NCBI GenBank assembly: GCA_951406725.2
Contig: OX597823.1
Location: 55,366,001 to 55,430,000 of the forward strand
DNA from: Octopus vulgaris
Taxonomy: Eukaryota
Length of the DNA stretch: 64,000 nt
Direction: 5' to 3'
The stretch's first letter is position 1, and the number at the start of each line of letters is the position of its first letter. The notes under the pieces were generated by a model. That model was given only the letters and a program-made list of their open reading frames with translations, was not told where the DNA came from and ran no database searches. Below are positions 40,200-55,180 of this stretch, piece after piece. The translations under genes and the position numbers were made by a program.

Positions 40200-40715
40200 T
40201 TCTTTTATTCTTTTATTGTTTTACTTGTTTCAGTTATTTGACTGCGGCCGTGCTGGAGCACCATCTTTAGTCGAACAAATCGAACACAGGGCTGATTCTT
40301 CGTAAACCTAGTACTTATTCTATCGGTCTCTTTTACCGAACCGATAAGTTACGGGGACGTAAACACACCAACGTCGGTTGTCAAGTGATAGTGGGTGTCA
40401 CAAATACAGGCACACACACACACATACACATATGTGTGTTTATATATACGTACATACATATATATATATGTGTGTATGTGTGTGTGTGTATGTATGTATG
40501 TATGTATGTATGTATGTATGTATGTTTGTATGTATGTATGTATGTATGTATGTGTGTGTATACGACGGGCCTCTTTCAGTTTCTGTCTACCAAATTCACT
40601 CACAAGGCATTGGTCGGCCCGGGGCTATAGTAGAAGACACCTGCCCAAGGTGCCACGTAGTGAGACTGAACCTAGAACCATGTGGTTGATAAGCCAGTTA
40701 CTTAGCACACAGCCA
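40200..40715 (-). mobile_element. SINE family A copy
   Basis: Full reverse-oriented layout with internal (TATG)n. Confidence 0.93.
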
Positions 40716-41055
40716 CAAAATAAACACACGCGCTATATATTCGTTCTTCACTCGTTTATTATTGTTCTTAATTTCGTTCTATGTCCATTGTCCGGACATC
40801 TTTCGTCACACATTTGTGACCTCTTTACCCACACTATAATTCCAACTGTGTCCACCCCACAGATGTGTGTCGAATGATTTTCCAGACAATGTATATAAGT
40901 AAAAATACGAATATTAATAAACGTGTGAAGAAAGAATAGATAGTGTATATGTTTATTTGGCAAGAAAAAACAAAAAAACATAAATGGCCATCTCGAAATA
41001 GAACAATATATGTTTCAACACACGGTTTCACATCAAGAATCTTGAAAAACAAATA
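40716..41055. mobile_element. Penelope-like terminal repeat remnants, P4-related, with internal inverted repeat
   Basis: cattgtccggacatctttcgtcacacatttgtg is mirrored by cacagatgtgtgtcgaatgattttccagacaatg; 40945-41055 is homologous (reverse) to 42552-42658. Confidence 0.55.
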
Positions 41056-41939
41056 CATAAACGTAGAGATACTGATCTATCTTAGCAAAATTTCTGTTAG
41101 ATCTTTTAACAGAGAAATTCCTCCCTCTCACCAACATCTTCTCTCTCCCTCTTTCCCTCTCCTATCTCTCTCTATCTCTCTCTTTCCCTCCCCTCTCTCT
41201 CTTTCTCTCTCTCCTCTCTCTCTCTTTCCCCCTCCCCATCTCTCTCTCTCTCGTGGACAAAAAATCTCATAATTTTTTCCATCATGGCGCACGAATGTGT
41301 TACTGTCGGTTATAGGTCTGTCCTGGTGGTACCCACCTATTAATCAGAACGTTTCAGTCTTGATCCCTCTGTGTGTCTTATTTTCATGTCCCTGCTTTTC
41401 AAGCGCAACTTTGTTTAGTTTTACATTAACCAATATGTCTCTCATTCCTTTTAAGGAACAGCACGTTATTTCATGGAAGTTTGACTGCTATTTTTAACAA
41501 ACCAAGCAAATACGTAGGGATAAGGTTTTATAAAGTCGTTGATAATGATAATGATGATGACGATAATGATGACGACGACGACGACGATGATGTATCTGAG
41601 ATAGTTCTGTAAACCTCCGTGAGAAAATGGCAGTAAGAAATTGTGGTATTGAAGAAGCCTCTAGGTGATCACTTGACCTATTGGAAATAGTAACCAAATA
41701 TCTCTTGAACCACACTCGAACCAAACGAGCACGTAGTGGGACGAGCAAGCTACTTACCACACAGCTAGTCCTGCGCCTATACCAACCCTATACATACACA
41801 CGTCCAGACCTCTCATACGCACTAATACTCTCTCATACACACACACACACCCTTATGTTGGAGTAGGTCATTCAACCCTATTATCTCCCCTAATTTCGCT
41901 CTCGCGTCTCATGTTTGATCTTTGACTTCTGGCCGAAAT

Positions 41940-42151
41940 CAGATCGCTATGTTGATTCGTTAGTTACTGCACGCATTTTTTTCTCTCCTTCTTTCTGTGT
42001 TTTTTTTCTCTGTGTATCTTTCTGTTGAAGAGCGTAGGCTCGAAACGTTAAAGACTTGTTTTATTTATATTTCCTGAGCGCCATACTAATACAATTGTTT
42101 GTTTGTTTTCCACCTGCCTTCGTCTTTTGTCTATTTTCATAAAGCTTCCCG

Positions 42152-42154
<3 letters not shown>
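41940..42154 (+). mobile_element. Penelope-like terminal repeat, family P5
   Basis: Homologous to 25165-25315; ends ttcccgtta at a (TA)n tract. Confidence 0.72.
42017..42054 (+). ncRNA. Hammerhead-like motif, A6U plus extra-A variant
   Basis: tcttt CTGTTGA A gagc-gtag-gctc GAAA cg tt aaaga; 5-bp stem I, 4-bp stem II. Confidence 0.55.
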
Positions 42155-42207
<53 letters not shown>

Positions 42208-42249
42208 CAAAATAGAGAGTGGTGTTTCCACGCAAGAAAAAATATATAG

Positions 42250-42513
42250 GAAAATGTGTTGCTGAAAATGCACTAAAAATCGAATTGTTTCAATGTTGAT
42301 AAATTAACAACATTGAAACATTTCAGTTTGTCAACATTGAAACATTTTGATTTGTCAACATTGAAACTTATAACGATGTTTTTCTAATTTTACACTTTTA
42401 CTATTGATAAACAAAAAATATTGCTGAAAGTAGTTTGGTATAAATGTAAATAAATGTATTTTAAACATTTACGAGTTTTTGAAATTTCACTGCATTTTCA
42501 GCAACACATTTTC
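42250..42513. mobile_element. MITE with 23-bp perfect TIRs
   Basis: gaaaatgtgttgctgaaaatgca / tgcattttcagcaacacattttc; internal repeated caacattgaaac. Confidence 0.82.
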
Positions 42514-42598
42514 ATTTATATATATATAAATATATATATATATACGTTTAAATATTTGTTGTGCAAGATTTTTTATGTGAAGTCGTGTGTTGAAACAG

Positions 42599-42769
42599 AT
42601 ATTGTTATATTTCGGAATGGTCATATTGCCAGTTTAGCCAATAAAAACACACGCACTAATAAGATTAAGATTAATGTAAAAAATAAATAACACTGAAGCA
42701 AAATAACACCAAATATATAGTGCGTGTGTTTTTATTGGCTAAACTGGCAATATGACCATTCCGAAATAT

Positions 42770-42777
<8 letters not shown>
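42599..42777. repeat. Perfect 60-bp inverted repeat (P4-related end) terminating in (TA)n
   Basis: 42599-42658 is the reverse complement of 42718-42777. Confidence 0.92.
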
Positions 42778-42810
<33 letters not shown>

Positions 42811-44068
42811 CAAGGTGCGTATGGTATTTGAGGTCATACGTTTTTTGGGTCATTGTTGCATTTTTTGCTAACTCTGTATAATCTTTGTTTCAGAAAATAA
42901 TAATGGAACCCTCAGCTGACTCAAAAAATGAAACGGCTTGCTGTTATTGTGGTTATAAAAGCTGAGCTTAGCGAATGAGAAATATCTCGATTTTAAAAAT
43001 TACCCAGATCTTTCGTCTACAAAGTTTGTAAAGAGCTCGAGACTGAAGATAGAAACATGTCACCAGTATGAAAGGATGAAAAGCATTCTAAACGTTCTGA
43101 AATCATCAGAATACCTGAATTTATCCAGCAAGTTCAACATTCGATTACAATCCCAGAAAGTCCATAACGTCAATTACAAAAGATCTCCATGTGTCAGAAG
43201 AAACAGTTAGAAATGTTGTCCCTGAAGACATCAGATATAAGCCTTATATAATGAGGAAAGGTCAGATTGGCAGGAAAAGCAAAAGAAAATCACTACATCA
43301 GATCTAAAAGATCCTTAAACAAACTGAATAATCCAGCAGAAGAAGATTTGATTTGGTTTTTCTCAAACGAGAACAACTTCGACCAAGTTCAAAAAGTTAA
43401 GTGAAGAAATGACAGATGGTTCTGTGCAGACCCTTCTGAAGTTCGAAGGGTTATGCATACGAAATTTCTTGCAACTGTCATGGTTTTAGAGGTTGTCAGG
43501 AATGAAGGACGTGTGATGCATCTTTAGTTCTTTCCACAAGGCCTTAGAGTCAATTCTGCCGTCTACATTGAGGTCCTGGAAATAATTTTTAAGTCTTGGA
43601 TAGACAGTGTATGCAATAGAAGATCATATGTGTTTCAGTATGACTCTGCACTATCACACATGGCTCTGGTAACACAGGAATAGATGGCTGAAAATTTTCA
43701 TGATTACATAACCCCTAACATTTGGCCTCCTAATTCCCCAGATATCAATCCACTGGACTATTATATGTGGAGCGTTGTTGAGAGAGATGTCAATGAACAC
43801 GCCCATAATATCAAAGATTCTTTGAAAGCTGCCATAGTCAGGGTAATGTCCAAAATGAACCACGATGACTTCTTCGAGCATGTAAATGATTTAGATCTCA
43901 TATAGAAGCAGTTGTTGAAGCTCAAGATGGTTTTATTGATTGGCATTATACAAAAGAGGGTTTATGTTTTTCCTCATAGCATTATTTGATAAATAAAGTT
44001 ATTATCTGTTATTATATATATGTTCTTTTATAAATATAAATCTGCCTTCAAATATCTTACGCACTCTG
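42811..44068 (+). mobile_element. Decayed maT-family (DD37D) Tc1/mariner transposon
   Basis: TIRs caaggtgcgtatggtatttga / tcaaatatcttacgcactctg; VFQYDSALSH...WPPNSPDINPLDY with 37 codons between the last two Asp; multiple stops. Confidence 0.92.
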
Positions 44069-44136
44069 TGCGTAAGATATATATATATATTTGTAAAAAA
44101 TGAAGTTTGAAAATGCCGCTATATTAGATAAATTTT

Positions 44137-44183
44137 AATTTAACATGTTTCGGTTCTTGAAATAACGAAACTTATCAAAAATT
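44137..44183 (-). ncRNA. Hammerhead-like motif (UUGAUAA core) in a short insert between (TA)n tracts
   Basis: Minus strand: aauuu UUGAUAA guuuc-guuauuucaa-gaacc GAAA CAUG UU aaauu; one stem II mismatch. Confidence 0.55.
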
Positions 44184-44211
44184 TTTTTTTATATAATAAA
44201 GAGAGTCCATG

Positions 44212-44360
<149 letters not shown>

Positions 44361-44390
44361 TACATATGCATATACATATACATATATGTA

Positions 44391-44434
<44 letters not shown>

Positions 44435-44494
44435 CATATATATACATATATATATATATATACATACATACATACATATACATATATATATATG

Positions 44495-44534
<40 letters not shown>

Positions 44535-44950
44535 AAGAGAGAGAGTGAAACATACATAACGTAACATAGCAACAGTACAACACACATAATAAAGGGAAGG
44601 AAGAAAATAAAATAACAAAGCTGGATGAAGACAGAGAGGGGATTTGAGTGAGAAGACATTGATTGATAGATAAGTTGACTGCAAGAGAAGGAATGACAAA
44701 GAGAGAGCGGGAGAGAGAGAGAGCAAACAGACAGAGAAATGGGGAGAGAGAGAGCAACATCAGGTGATATACATGTGACAGATGATCATAAAGGCCAAAT
44801 GATGCAAATAGCTGCAACTATTAAACTAATTCGAAAAACCTCCTTCTGGTAGCTCGGTCTGCTAAAAATAGGAGCCATGACTCCTTCAGATTACATTTTA
44901 CTCTCTTAAAAGTATGACATAGTTGATATTGCAGTCCACGGCTTAGAATC

Positions 44951-46420
<1,470 letters not shown>

Positions 46421-48360
46421 TTGTGTATGGAATACTCAACCACTTCACGCTAATTTCATAACGAGGATTTAAGAAAAGCCGAGCACAGAGAGGTGGTGAG
46501 TGTGGATAAATCGATTAAATGTATAACTTTTCAAAATGCCATAACAGCAAAAGTGTGCCAAAAATTTATTGGTTAATTTTTATCTACAAAAATTGGCGAA
46601 AAATTCGGCACGATTTGATTTAAAGGATTATGTGGTTGGAATTTCTAGGAGATCGTTCGGTTTAACACCATCACATAATCCTGGTGTGAATTTAGTGGAA
46701 TGCACTCTGCTGAAAGGATTAATATCCTATTTCCTGCTAGAGCAACCTATTTTGTGACTGCTTCCTTTCGGACCTTCGTCAGTACGAAGATCATTGCTCT
46801 ACCCTTTTAAATCTCACTGAAACTTATAAAAAAAATAGCGAGCGACTACATAGGACCGCGTTTGCTTCGATTAGATAGGCTTTTCATGTCAAAAGCATAT
46901 TGGAATTTTATGACATATCATAAAGCCAAATTTAAGAACTTTTTAAAAAAATCATAGAATATTTTAAATGCATCAGTCAAGGAGGATGATACAAATTAGA
47001 GTTTGCAGTATTGATGAAAATCTGAAAATAAAAAATATGTAGAAAAAAAAATACAAATCTGAAAATATAATTAAAATTATATTAAAAATCTGCAAATTTT
47101 CGTGTCAGAAACATTGATTAAATTTAGATAGAATTAAATGTAATTCTTTTTACCCCAATAGATTTAAACACAATAAATTACTTTATTCTAAACTAATAAC
47201 AATAATAATAATAATATTAATAATAATAACAGCAACAACAACAACAACTGTTGCTAAAAAGTAATTTAGTGTGGCAGGTGTTCTACATTAATCATCTTTA
47301 ATAAGTAGACTAGCTGGTATTTTTGACTCCTCTTACTTCAAATATTTCCTTCATATTTCAGGCTGTGAAAATAATCTTTGTTTATTTTTTTGTTTTTTGC
47401 TTGTTTGTTAGTTTTTTAATCCTGAAGTACGTGAGTTTATGTTAGTTGGAGGACTGATTATTTGTTTCAGAGAGACAGACGTCATGTTTCTCCTGTCGTA
47501 CGGCATACGAACTTCACTGTATAATTTTTGCCCATACATTGTGACCCTCATTTGCCTTGGTTTCTGGTTGTTTACTTATTTTCAATCCAAGAGAGCTTAG
47601 TGTAGTTGCGAGAAAACATGCAAGGTAGATAAACAACCCAGTCTTGTTCATCCTTCGCAAGGTCCACTTCTTCTTGCGGTACTCTACTTCGTAATGACCA
47701 TGAGATCTATGCCAGCGGAGCCTTGCATCCTGGACCAGTCAAAGGAAAGCGGCTAGACCAAAAGTAAAAAATGAGGTTGCGAAGAGACAATAACTCTACT
47801 CAATAAAAATGAAATGTTAAAAGCAGGCGAAGTTAAAAGAGCATCAATGACAATTCAAAATTCATATCTTTGGCTTTCAGCTACTAAAAAATGCGTACCC
47901 TTCGCAGTCCTTGAGAAGGGGTGTGGGTGCGTCCATTCTGGAAGTCCTGATTACGCTCATGCTTACCACATCTAAATACAGCGACTTAAAAGTCGTTAAG
48001 TAAGTTACCTTGCTTCTAAACTTGCGCTGGACTTAAACACAGTCACGCAACCCACCCTCATTACGGATATTTTACGTAGAGAATAAATGACAAGGGTAAC
48101 GTACTTTACATTGAAATCAATTTCACAATCCGGTTTCCAGATTTCCTGAAAATCTCCTGCAGTATTGCATACACGGTTTTGACTCGGGAAGTTCATATGC
48201 GAACCACAACAGAGTGTGAACGAAAACTTTTGTTATAGCCCTCAGCAAAGACTACTGGCTGACGATTTTGAGAAGAGATAATAGACGCCGATTGCACACA
48301 TGCAGATATGTATATGTCCACACACACACATATACATACATACATACATACATACATACA

Positions 48361-48396
<36 letters not shown>

Positions 48397-48464
48397 TATA
48401 TTTATATATAGTGAATTGAAGAAATGGAGTTGAACGAAGATTGAACAGAAATCCTTTTATTGCA

Positions 48465-48544
48465 TTCTACACGTGTTTCGAAAGCCACAATTTACCAAAT
48501 TCCGATTGAATAAGGAGACCATATTGTGTCTTTCTCTTCAGGAA
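48465..48544 (-). ncRNA. Type I hammerhead ribozyme (mirror copy)
   Basis: Exact reverse complement of 48661-48740. Confidence 0.83.
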
Positions 48545-48660
48545 GAAATAGGAATTCCGTTGGCAGAACAAAAACAGAACAGCTCTTAGGAGCCTCCACG
48601 TTCGATTTGTTTTGCTGCGCCTCTGTTCTGTTTTTGTTCTGCCAACGGAATTCCTAGTTC

Positions 48661-48740
48661 TTCCTGAAGAGAAAGACACAATATGGTCTCCTTATTCAAT
48701 CGGAATTTGGTAAATTGTGGCTTTCGAAACACGTGTAGAA
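48661..48740 (+). ncRNA. Type I hammerhead ribozyme, canonical core, extended stem II
   Basis: ttc CTGAAGA gaaagacacaat..(31 nt)..attgtggctttc GAAA cacgtg TA gaa; palindromic ACACGUGU stem III; GUA cut after 48737. Confidence 0.83.
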
Positions 48741-48954
48741 TGCAATAAAAGGATTTCTGTTCAATCTTCGTTCAACTCCATTTCTTCAATTCACTAATAA
48801 TATTAAAATTCAATTATCCGCACCAACGCACGGTTGCAACACCATATGGTTGTACCTCCAACCGTGCTTTCTTCTGCTGTGATTTTTGCTACCAAGGTAT
48901 CGGTTAAACTTTTGATTAATCTGCAACAAGATTATTCATCTTTCTATTTCACCA

Positions 48955-49030
<76 letters not shown>

Positions 49031-49579
49031 CATATATATACGTACACATATGTGTATGTACATATATATATAACATTTTCTCTTAGGTATACAATTTCTC
49101 GGCATACCAACTCATAATTTTACAAGCCATGAGCATATAAGTCGTTGGATTGGCTAGCTGACTCGCCTTCAACCCAGGCGAGTAAGTGGCGTTAATAAGC
49201 CACAAAAATGGCAAAGTATCAAATGAGATTGAGGGTGAGTTATCTTGTTTGTCCATGGCTCTAAGGTGTCTTAACAACGGCGACATGAGAGTTATAAACT
49301 CCGTTACGCCATTGCAGCCACCGGAAAACACACACAGCATTATAGATTAGTATAAATGTTTTAACGATATATATATGCAATAACAAAACCTTCTGTTTCT
49401 CCTTTCAGACCTGCCCCCTGTAGCCATTTGTGTGCTAGAGTTTGATCAATATCTGGCTTGTACAGGCGGTTAGGGAATTTTCTATGCAGGAGTTTACCTT
49501 TCTAGTTGTCTTCGATATTATTCATGCAAACCTTCTTTGCTTTTTGTTTACTATTACTATTACTATTATTATTATTATT

Positions 49580-50190
49580 AGTCCAGTGCCGAGTATTGCT
49601 GACCTGTGGATGTATGTCGAAAACCTGCTGTCGCATGTAGGACGGATCCGGCTATCAGCTGAATCCACTGGACGGGAGGGGTAGGCAATTTTTATTTGTC
49701 TATTGGCTGTAGCGAAAAAGGTAGTTTGGTAGACCCGTTTGAAAGGGCTATAGACAGATACTTTCCTCTTTGGCCAAGCCTTCAACAACTTTTTCAAGTT
49801 TCCCTTGAAAAAGAAGTTGAAGGTAGTGAGGGAAGTGTTACTTTCTAACAAGTTTGTTGAAAGGTGGATGAAAGTTGGAAGAATGGTGGGTGTGATAGGA
49901 CCAATGTAATAGAACCAACTCTGAGCGTACACCTGTGGGAAATGAAAGGAGAAAGGCTCTTGCCCTGTTGATCAGGTACCCGTGGCTTTTCTGGGTTTTT
50001 TTTTTTCATGAGGACCTTATAGTGCCTCTCCTAATGGGGGTTTTAATTTGTTTAATTTTCATTTGTTGTTATTTGTGTACACGCTGTAAAACCCATTATA
50101 TCGTCCCATTTTTATCTTTTATGTTGTCGCATGTCATTTAATGTTGTTTTATGTGAACCCTTGTGGCTAATAAGAGAATGAATTATTATT
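49580..50190 (+). mobile_element. 3' end of an L1/Tx1-like LINE in an (ATT)n tract
   Basis: PSIADLWMYVENLL..LLAVAKKVVW*TR..KFVERW C-terminus; tail cccttgtggctaataagagaatgaa(tta)n. Confidence 0.75.
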
Positions 50191-50199
50191 ATTATTATT

Positions 50200-50249
<50 letters not shown>

Positions 50250-50284
50250 TATTATTATCATTCTTCTTCTTCTTCTTCTTCTTC

Positions 50285-50346
<62 letters not shown>

Positions 50347-50577
50347 ATTATTATTATTATTCAACAATAATTATTGACAGTGACTTTGAAGTGTCGGTCA
50401 GCTGAGTCAACATCGGACTGTGATGTATGGATTATACCTTCATGTTAATGTAAAATTGTTTTCATTATAATTGAACATAAAAACCAACGTTAATATATAC
50501 GTATTACACATACGTAACATTTCCGTACGTCACTGCTTTTCTATATCAATCAATCAATTAATCAACCCGTCAATCAG

Positions 50578-50657
<80 letters not shown>

Positions 50658-50690
50658 CCTACCTACCTACCTACCTACCTACCTACCTAC

Positions 50691-50738
<48 letters not shown>

Positions 50739-51307
50739 TTGCATGTCTATCTATTTATCGATTTATGTATCTAAGTTTTATCATCTTCTTGTCCTTATGC
50801 CATCATCCCCCTCTCTTCCTCTCCCATTCCTCACTCACGCTTCATCCACTCTTCACCACTTAAGAAAACCAGATGTAGTACCTAATTATCTCCCTTTGAT
50901 CTTCCAATATTTGCATTCGTTCGAAGCCTCTCGACTCACCACCATTTTGTACTGGCTTCTCGTCACACCTTTCTCTTCTTTTCTCAATACAAACTCCCAG
51001 AATGAGCAGCGATAGCTACTGTCATACACACACACACACGCACACGCGTGCATATACTGTCGAACGCATACACACCTTAATCCTGTGTGTTCTTTGTGTG
51101 TGTGTGTGTGTGTGTGTGTTGTGTGTGTCGTTGTGCGCGCGTATGAGCAAATCTATAAATTTTGTCACATGTGTCATTTTTGCACGTGATCTAGTTTCAT
51201 TTTCTCTTTCCCACTCTCACTCCCTCTCATTTTTCTGTATATATATATACGTATATACATATGCGTATATATGAGTGTGTGTCTATATATATTTACATAT
51301 GTATGTG

Positions 51308-51391
<84 letters not shown>

Positions 51392-51455
51392 CGGTGCTCC
51401 AGCATGGCCACAGTCACATGACTGAAACAAGTAAAAAATATATATATATTATTAT

Positions 51456-51516
<61 letters not shown>

Positions 51517-51652
51517 CTATATATATATATATAATATATATATGTGTGTGTGTGTACATATACACATATGTATGTATATGTATATATATAATATATACAC
51601 AACCCTAAATATAGAAATGTACACACACATATCTGACATATATATATACGTG

Positions 51653-51747
<95 letters not shown>

Positions 51748-52255
51748 ATGCTTGAAGTATGTATGTATATCTGTTGAGAATGTTAAATTGAAATTACTAT
51801 CTAAAAGCTATTTTCAATGTAAATAACGAAACGTCAACTGGCGGGTTGACTACTCAACTGGTGTCATTTTCTATAAAGTTCGTGCTACGTGGGACTTCGA
51901 ACTTCGCCTATCAATCTGTCTATTTATGTCGGATCGTTTGTCTGTCTTTGTGTATATATGTATGTATGTGCCGGTCTAAGCGTCAGTGTTTCTCTGTGTG
52001 TCCGTCATTATATAAGTCCTCTTATCACACAATCAATCGATCAACCAATGAACCAATCAATCCATATGTCAGTTAATCAATTTATCTATGTAATCTGTCT
52101 AGCTAACCGTCCATAGCCAATCGGTCTCTCTCTATCTTTCTTACTTTCTCTCTTTTTTCCTTTCTTTCTTTCTTAGTTTCGTTTTTTTCTTTCGTTCTTT
52201 CTTTCTTTCTTTCTTTCATTCTTTCTTTCTTTTATTCTTTCTTTCTTTCCTTCCT

Positions 52256-52287
<32 letters not shown>

Positions 52288-52353
52288 ATTTCCTTTTCTC
52301 TCTCTCTCCTTATCTATCTATCTGTCTGTCCGTCTGTCTGTATGTCTGTCTGC

Positions 52354-52425
<72 letters not shown>

Positions 52426-52465
52426 TTGTTTGTCTGTCTGTCTGTCTGTCTGTTTGTCTCTCTCC

Positions 52466-52559
<94 letters not shown>

Positions 52560-52863
52560 GTCACTCTGTCTGTCCCTCTGTCACTCTGTCTATCTATCTA
52601 TCTATCTATCTATCTCCTTCTCAACCTTCAATTAGCGCTCTCTTCTGTATTTCTTCCTACTTAAACATCAAACCCTTTTCTCCTTCTTTTTCTGTCTATT
52701 TGCCCCCCCTCCCACCTCTCTCTTCTTCTCGAGCGAATTGCCCTCGTATTTAACTTTTCTCGCCCATTTTCTATTCCTCCCTTTTACTCCATTGCTGCTC
52801 TCTTTTCTTCCATTACCCTCTTTTCTTAATTCTCATACTCCTTAAAATACTTTCTCCTATCTT

Positions 52864-52900
<37 letters not shown>

Positions 52901-53025
52901 TCCCATTCTCCTATACATACAAACATACACACACACACAGACGTACACACACGCGCCCGCGCAAGCATACACGCACACACACGCGCCCGCGTAAGCATAC
53001 ACGCACACACATACACACACACACA

Positions 53026-53060
<35 letters not shown>

Positions 53061-53529
53061 GGGCGCTTCTCACCCTGCTCTTCTTACCCTTCAATCGCTC
53101 GTACTACGTCTGCAAGGTGCGCTAGAGATGGTCGCACTTACGTCATTTACACCTCACTTAAGTCTACTGAATAAGAATTAGGTGTTACTATGACAACGCC
53201 TTGTTACTGACGCCGTCGTCGTTGTTGTTGTAGTAACCATTGTTGTTGTTGTGGTTAACGGTTGTCATTGCCCGTTGTTGATGTTGTTCTTACAATATTC
53301 ATATCGTTGTTAATGTTGACTTTTGCTATTGTTGACGTTGTTGCTGTTACAGAAGATATGGTCACTGAGGTTGTGATGTTTGTAGTTGATATTGATTTGC
53401 TTGTGTTACTGTAATTTCAGCGGTTGTTGACTCCGCTGTTACTATCATTGTTGCTATTACAGCTGATAGTCCTGCTGTTACGTCGATTGTTTTTTTATGC
53501 TGTTATTATGACAATAACTCTTGTTACTT

Positions 53530-54815
53530 CTTTTATTGTTCCCGTTATTATGACAGCTACATTTAATGCTCCCGATATTATGACAGGTACTGTTGTTACT
53601 GATGTTGCGACAGCTGTTGCTATTGTTAAGACAGCTGCTGTTTTTGCTCCTGTTCTTATGATATTTACTATCGTTGCACCTCTTCTTATGACAGTTACTG
53701 CCGTTGCTCTTCTTCTTATGACTTCTGCTATCATTGCTCCTATTCTTATGACACCTGCTATCATTGCTACTATTCTTATGACATCTACTGATGTTTGCTT
53801 CTCTTCTTATGACAGTTACTGTCGTTGCTCCTGTTCTTATGACATCTGTTATCATTGCTCCTGTTCTTATGACATCCACTATCGTTGCTCCTGTTCTTAT
53901 GACTGTTGCTATCGTCGATCCTCTTATGACAGTTGCTGTCGTTGCTCCTCTTCTTATGACTGTTGCTATCGTTGCCTCTCTTATGACAGCTACTATCATT
54001 GCTCCTGTCCTTCTAACATCTACTGTCGTTGCTTCTCTTCTTATGGCAGTTACTATCGTTGTGCTTGTTCTTATGACATTTGCTATCGTTGCGCCTCTTC
54101 ATATGACTGTTACTGTCGTTGTTCATCTTCTTATAACACCTGCTATCGTTACTCCTCTTCTTATGACATCTGCTATCATTGCTCCTGTTCATATAACATC
54201 CACTATCGTTACTCCTGTTCTTATGACACAGTTTCTGTCGTTGCTCCTCTTGTTATGACTGTTGCTATCGTTGCTCCTCTTACAAGAGTTGCCCCTGTTC
54301 TCATGACAGCAGCTGTCGTTATTCTTCTTCTCATTACATCTGCTATCGTTGCCTATAACATCTGCTATCGTTGCTCCTCTTCTTATGACATTTGCTATAG
54401 TTGCTCCTCATTTTATGACAGTTGCTGCTGTTGCTCCTATTCTTATGACATCTGCTATCGTTACTCCTGTTCTTTTAACAGTTGCAGTCGTTGTTCCTCT
54501 CCTTATGAAATCTGCTGTCGTTGTTCCCCTTCTTTTGGCAGTTGCTACTTTTACTCCTTTTATGACAGTGGCTATCGTTGCTTCTGACTATTGCTATTGT
54601 ACCATTCGTGGTAATGATATCTGCTGTGCAACAATATTTCTTCTTATAATACTTTTTAGTGTAGGTACAGACGTAACTGTGTGGTAAAAAGCTTGCTTTC
54701 CAGTAACATGGTTCCGGGTTCAGTCCCACTATGTGGCACTTTGGTACGTTGTTGCTTCCCTTCTTATGACTGCTAATGTCATTGCTCCACTTCTTTTGAC
54801 AGTTGCTGTCATAGT
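53530..54815. repeat. 30-bp minisatellite array (consensus about gctcctgttcttatgacatctgctatcgtt)
   Basis: More than 30 diverged 30-bp units; interrupted by a SINE A head at 54662-54745. Confidence 0.92.
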
Positions 54816-54831
54816 TCCTAGGGCCAACCAA

Positions 54832-54867
<36 letters not shown>

Positions 54868-55180
54868 ATGTGTTTGTGTGTGTGTGTGTGTGTGTTTGCG
54901 TGTTTGCGTGTGTGTGTTTGTATATCTATGTGCGTGTGTCTGTCTATCTATGTTTGCCCTACCACCACCACCACTACGTTTGACAACCAGTATTGGTATG
55001 CTTTTTTCCCTTTAACTTAGCGGTTCGATAGAATAAGTAACAGGCCTAACAAAGAAGTACTGGGGTTGACTTATTCGACTAAAAATTCAAGGCGGTGCCC
55101 CAGCCTGGTTGTAGTCTAATGACTGAAACAAGTAAAAGGTGTATTTGCCGAAACATTTACTACTAGGCATATGCGTAGTC

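Larger units (their letters stand above)
48409..48957. mobile_element. Penelope-like fold-back element, family P6: 174-bp arms, 40-bp spacer
   Basis: 48409-48582 is the reverse complement of 48623-48796 with 1 mismatch; microsatellite/(TA)n on both flanks. Confidence 0.9.

Noticed and set aside
46751-46795. Minus-strand CTGACGA-AGGTCC-GAAA...GTC resembling a hammerhead
   Set aside because: No stem I pairing and no workable stem II/III geometry
53530-54600. CRISPR-like periodic array
   Set aside because: Contiguous 30-bp units with no unique spacers, eukaryotic context, no cas genes
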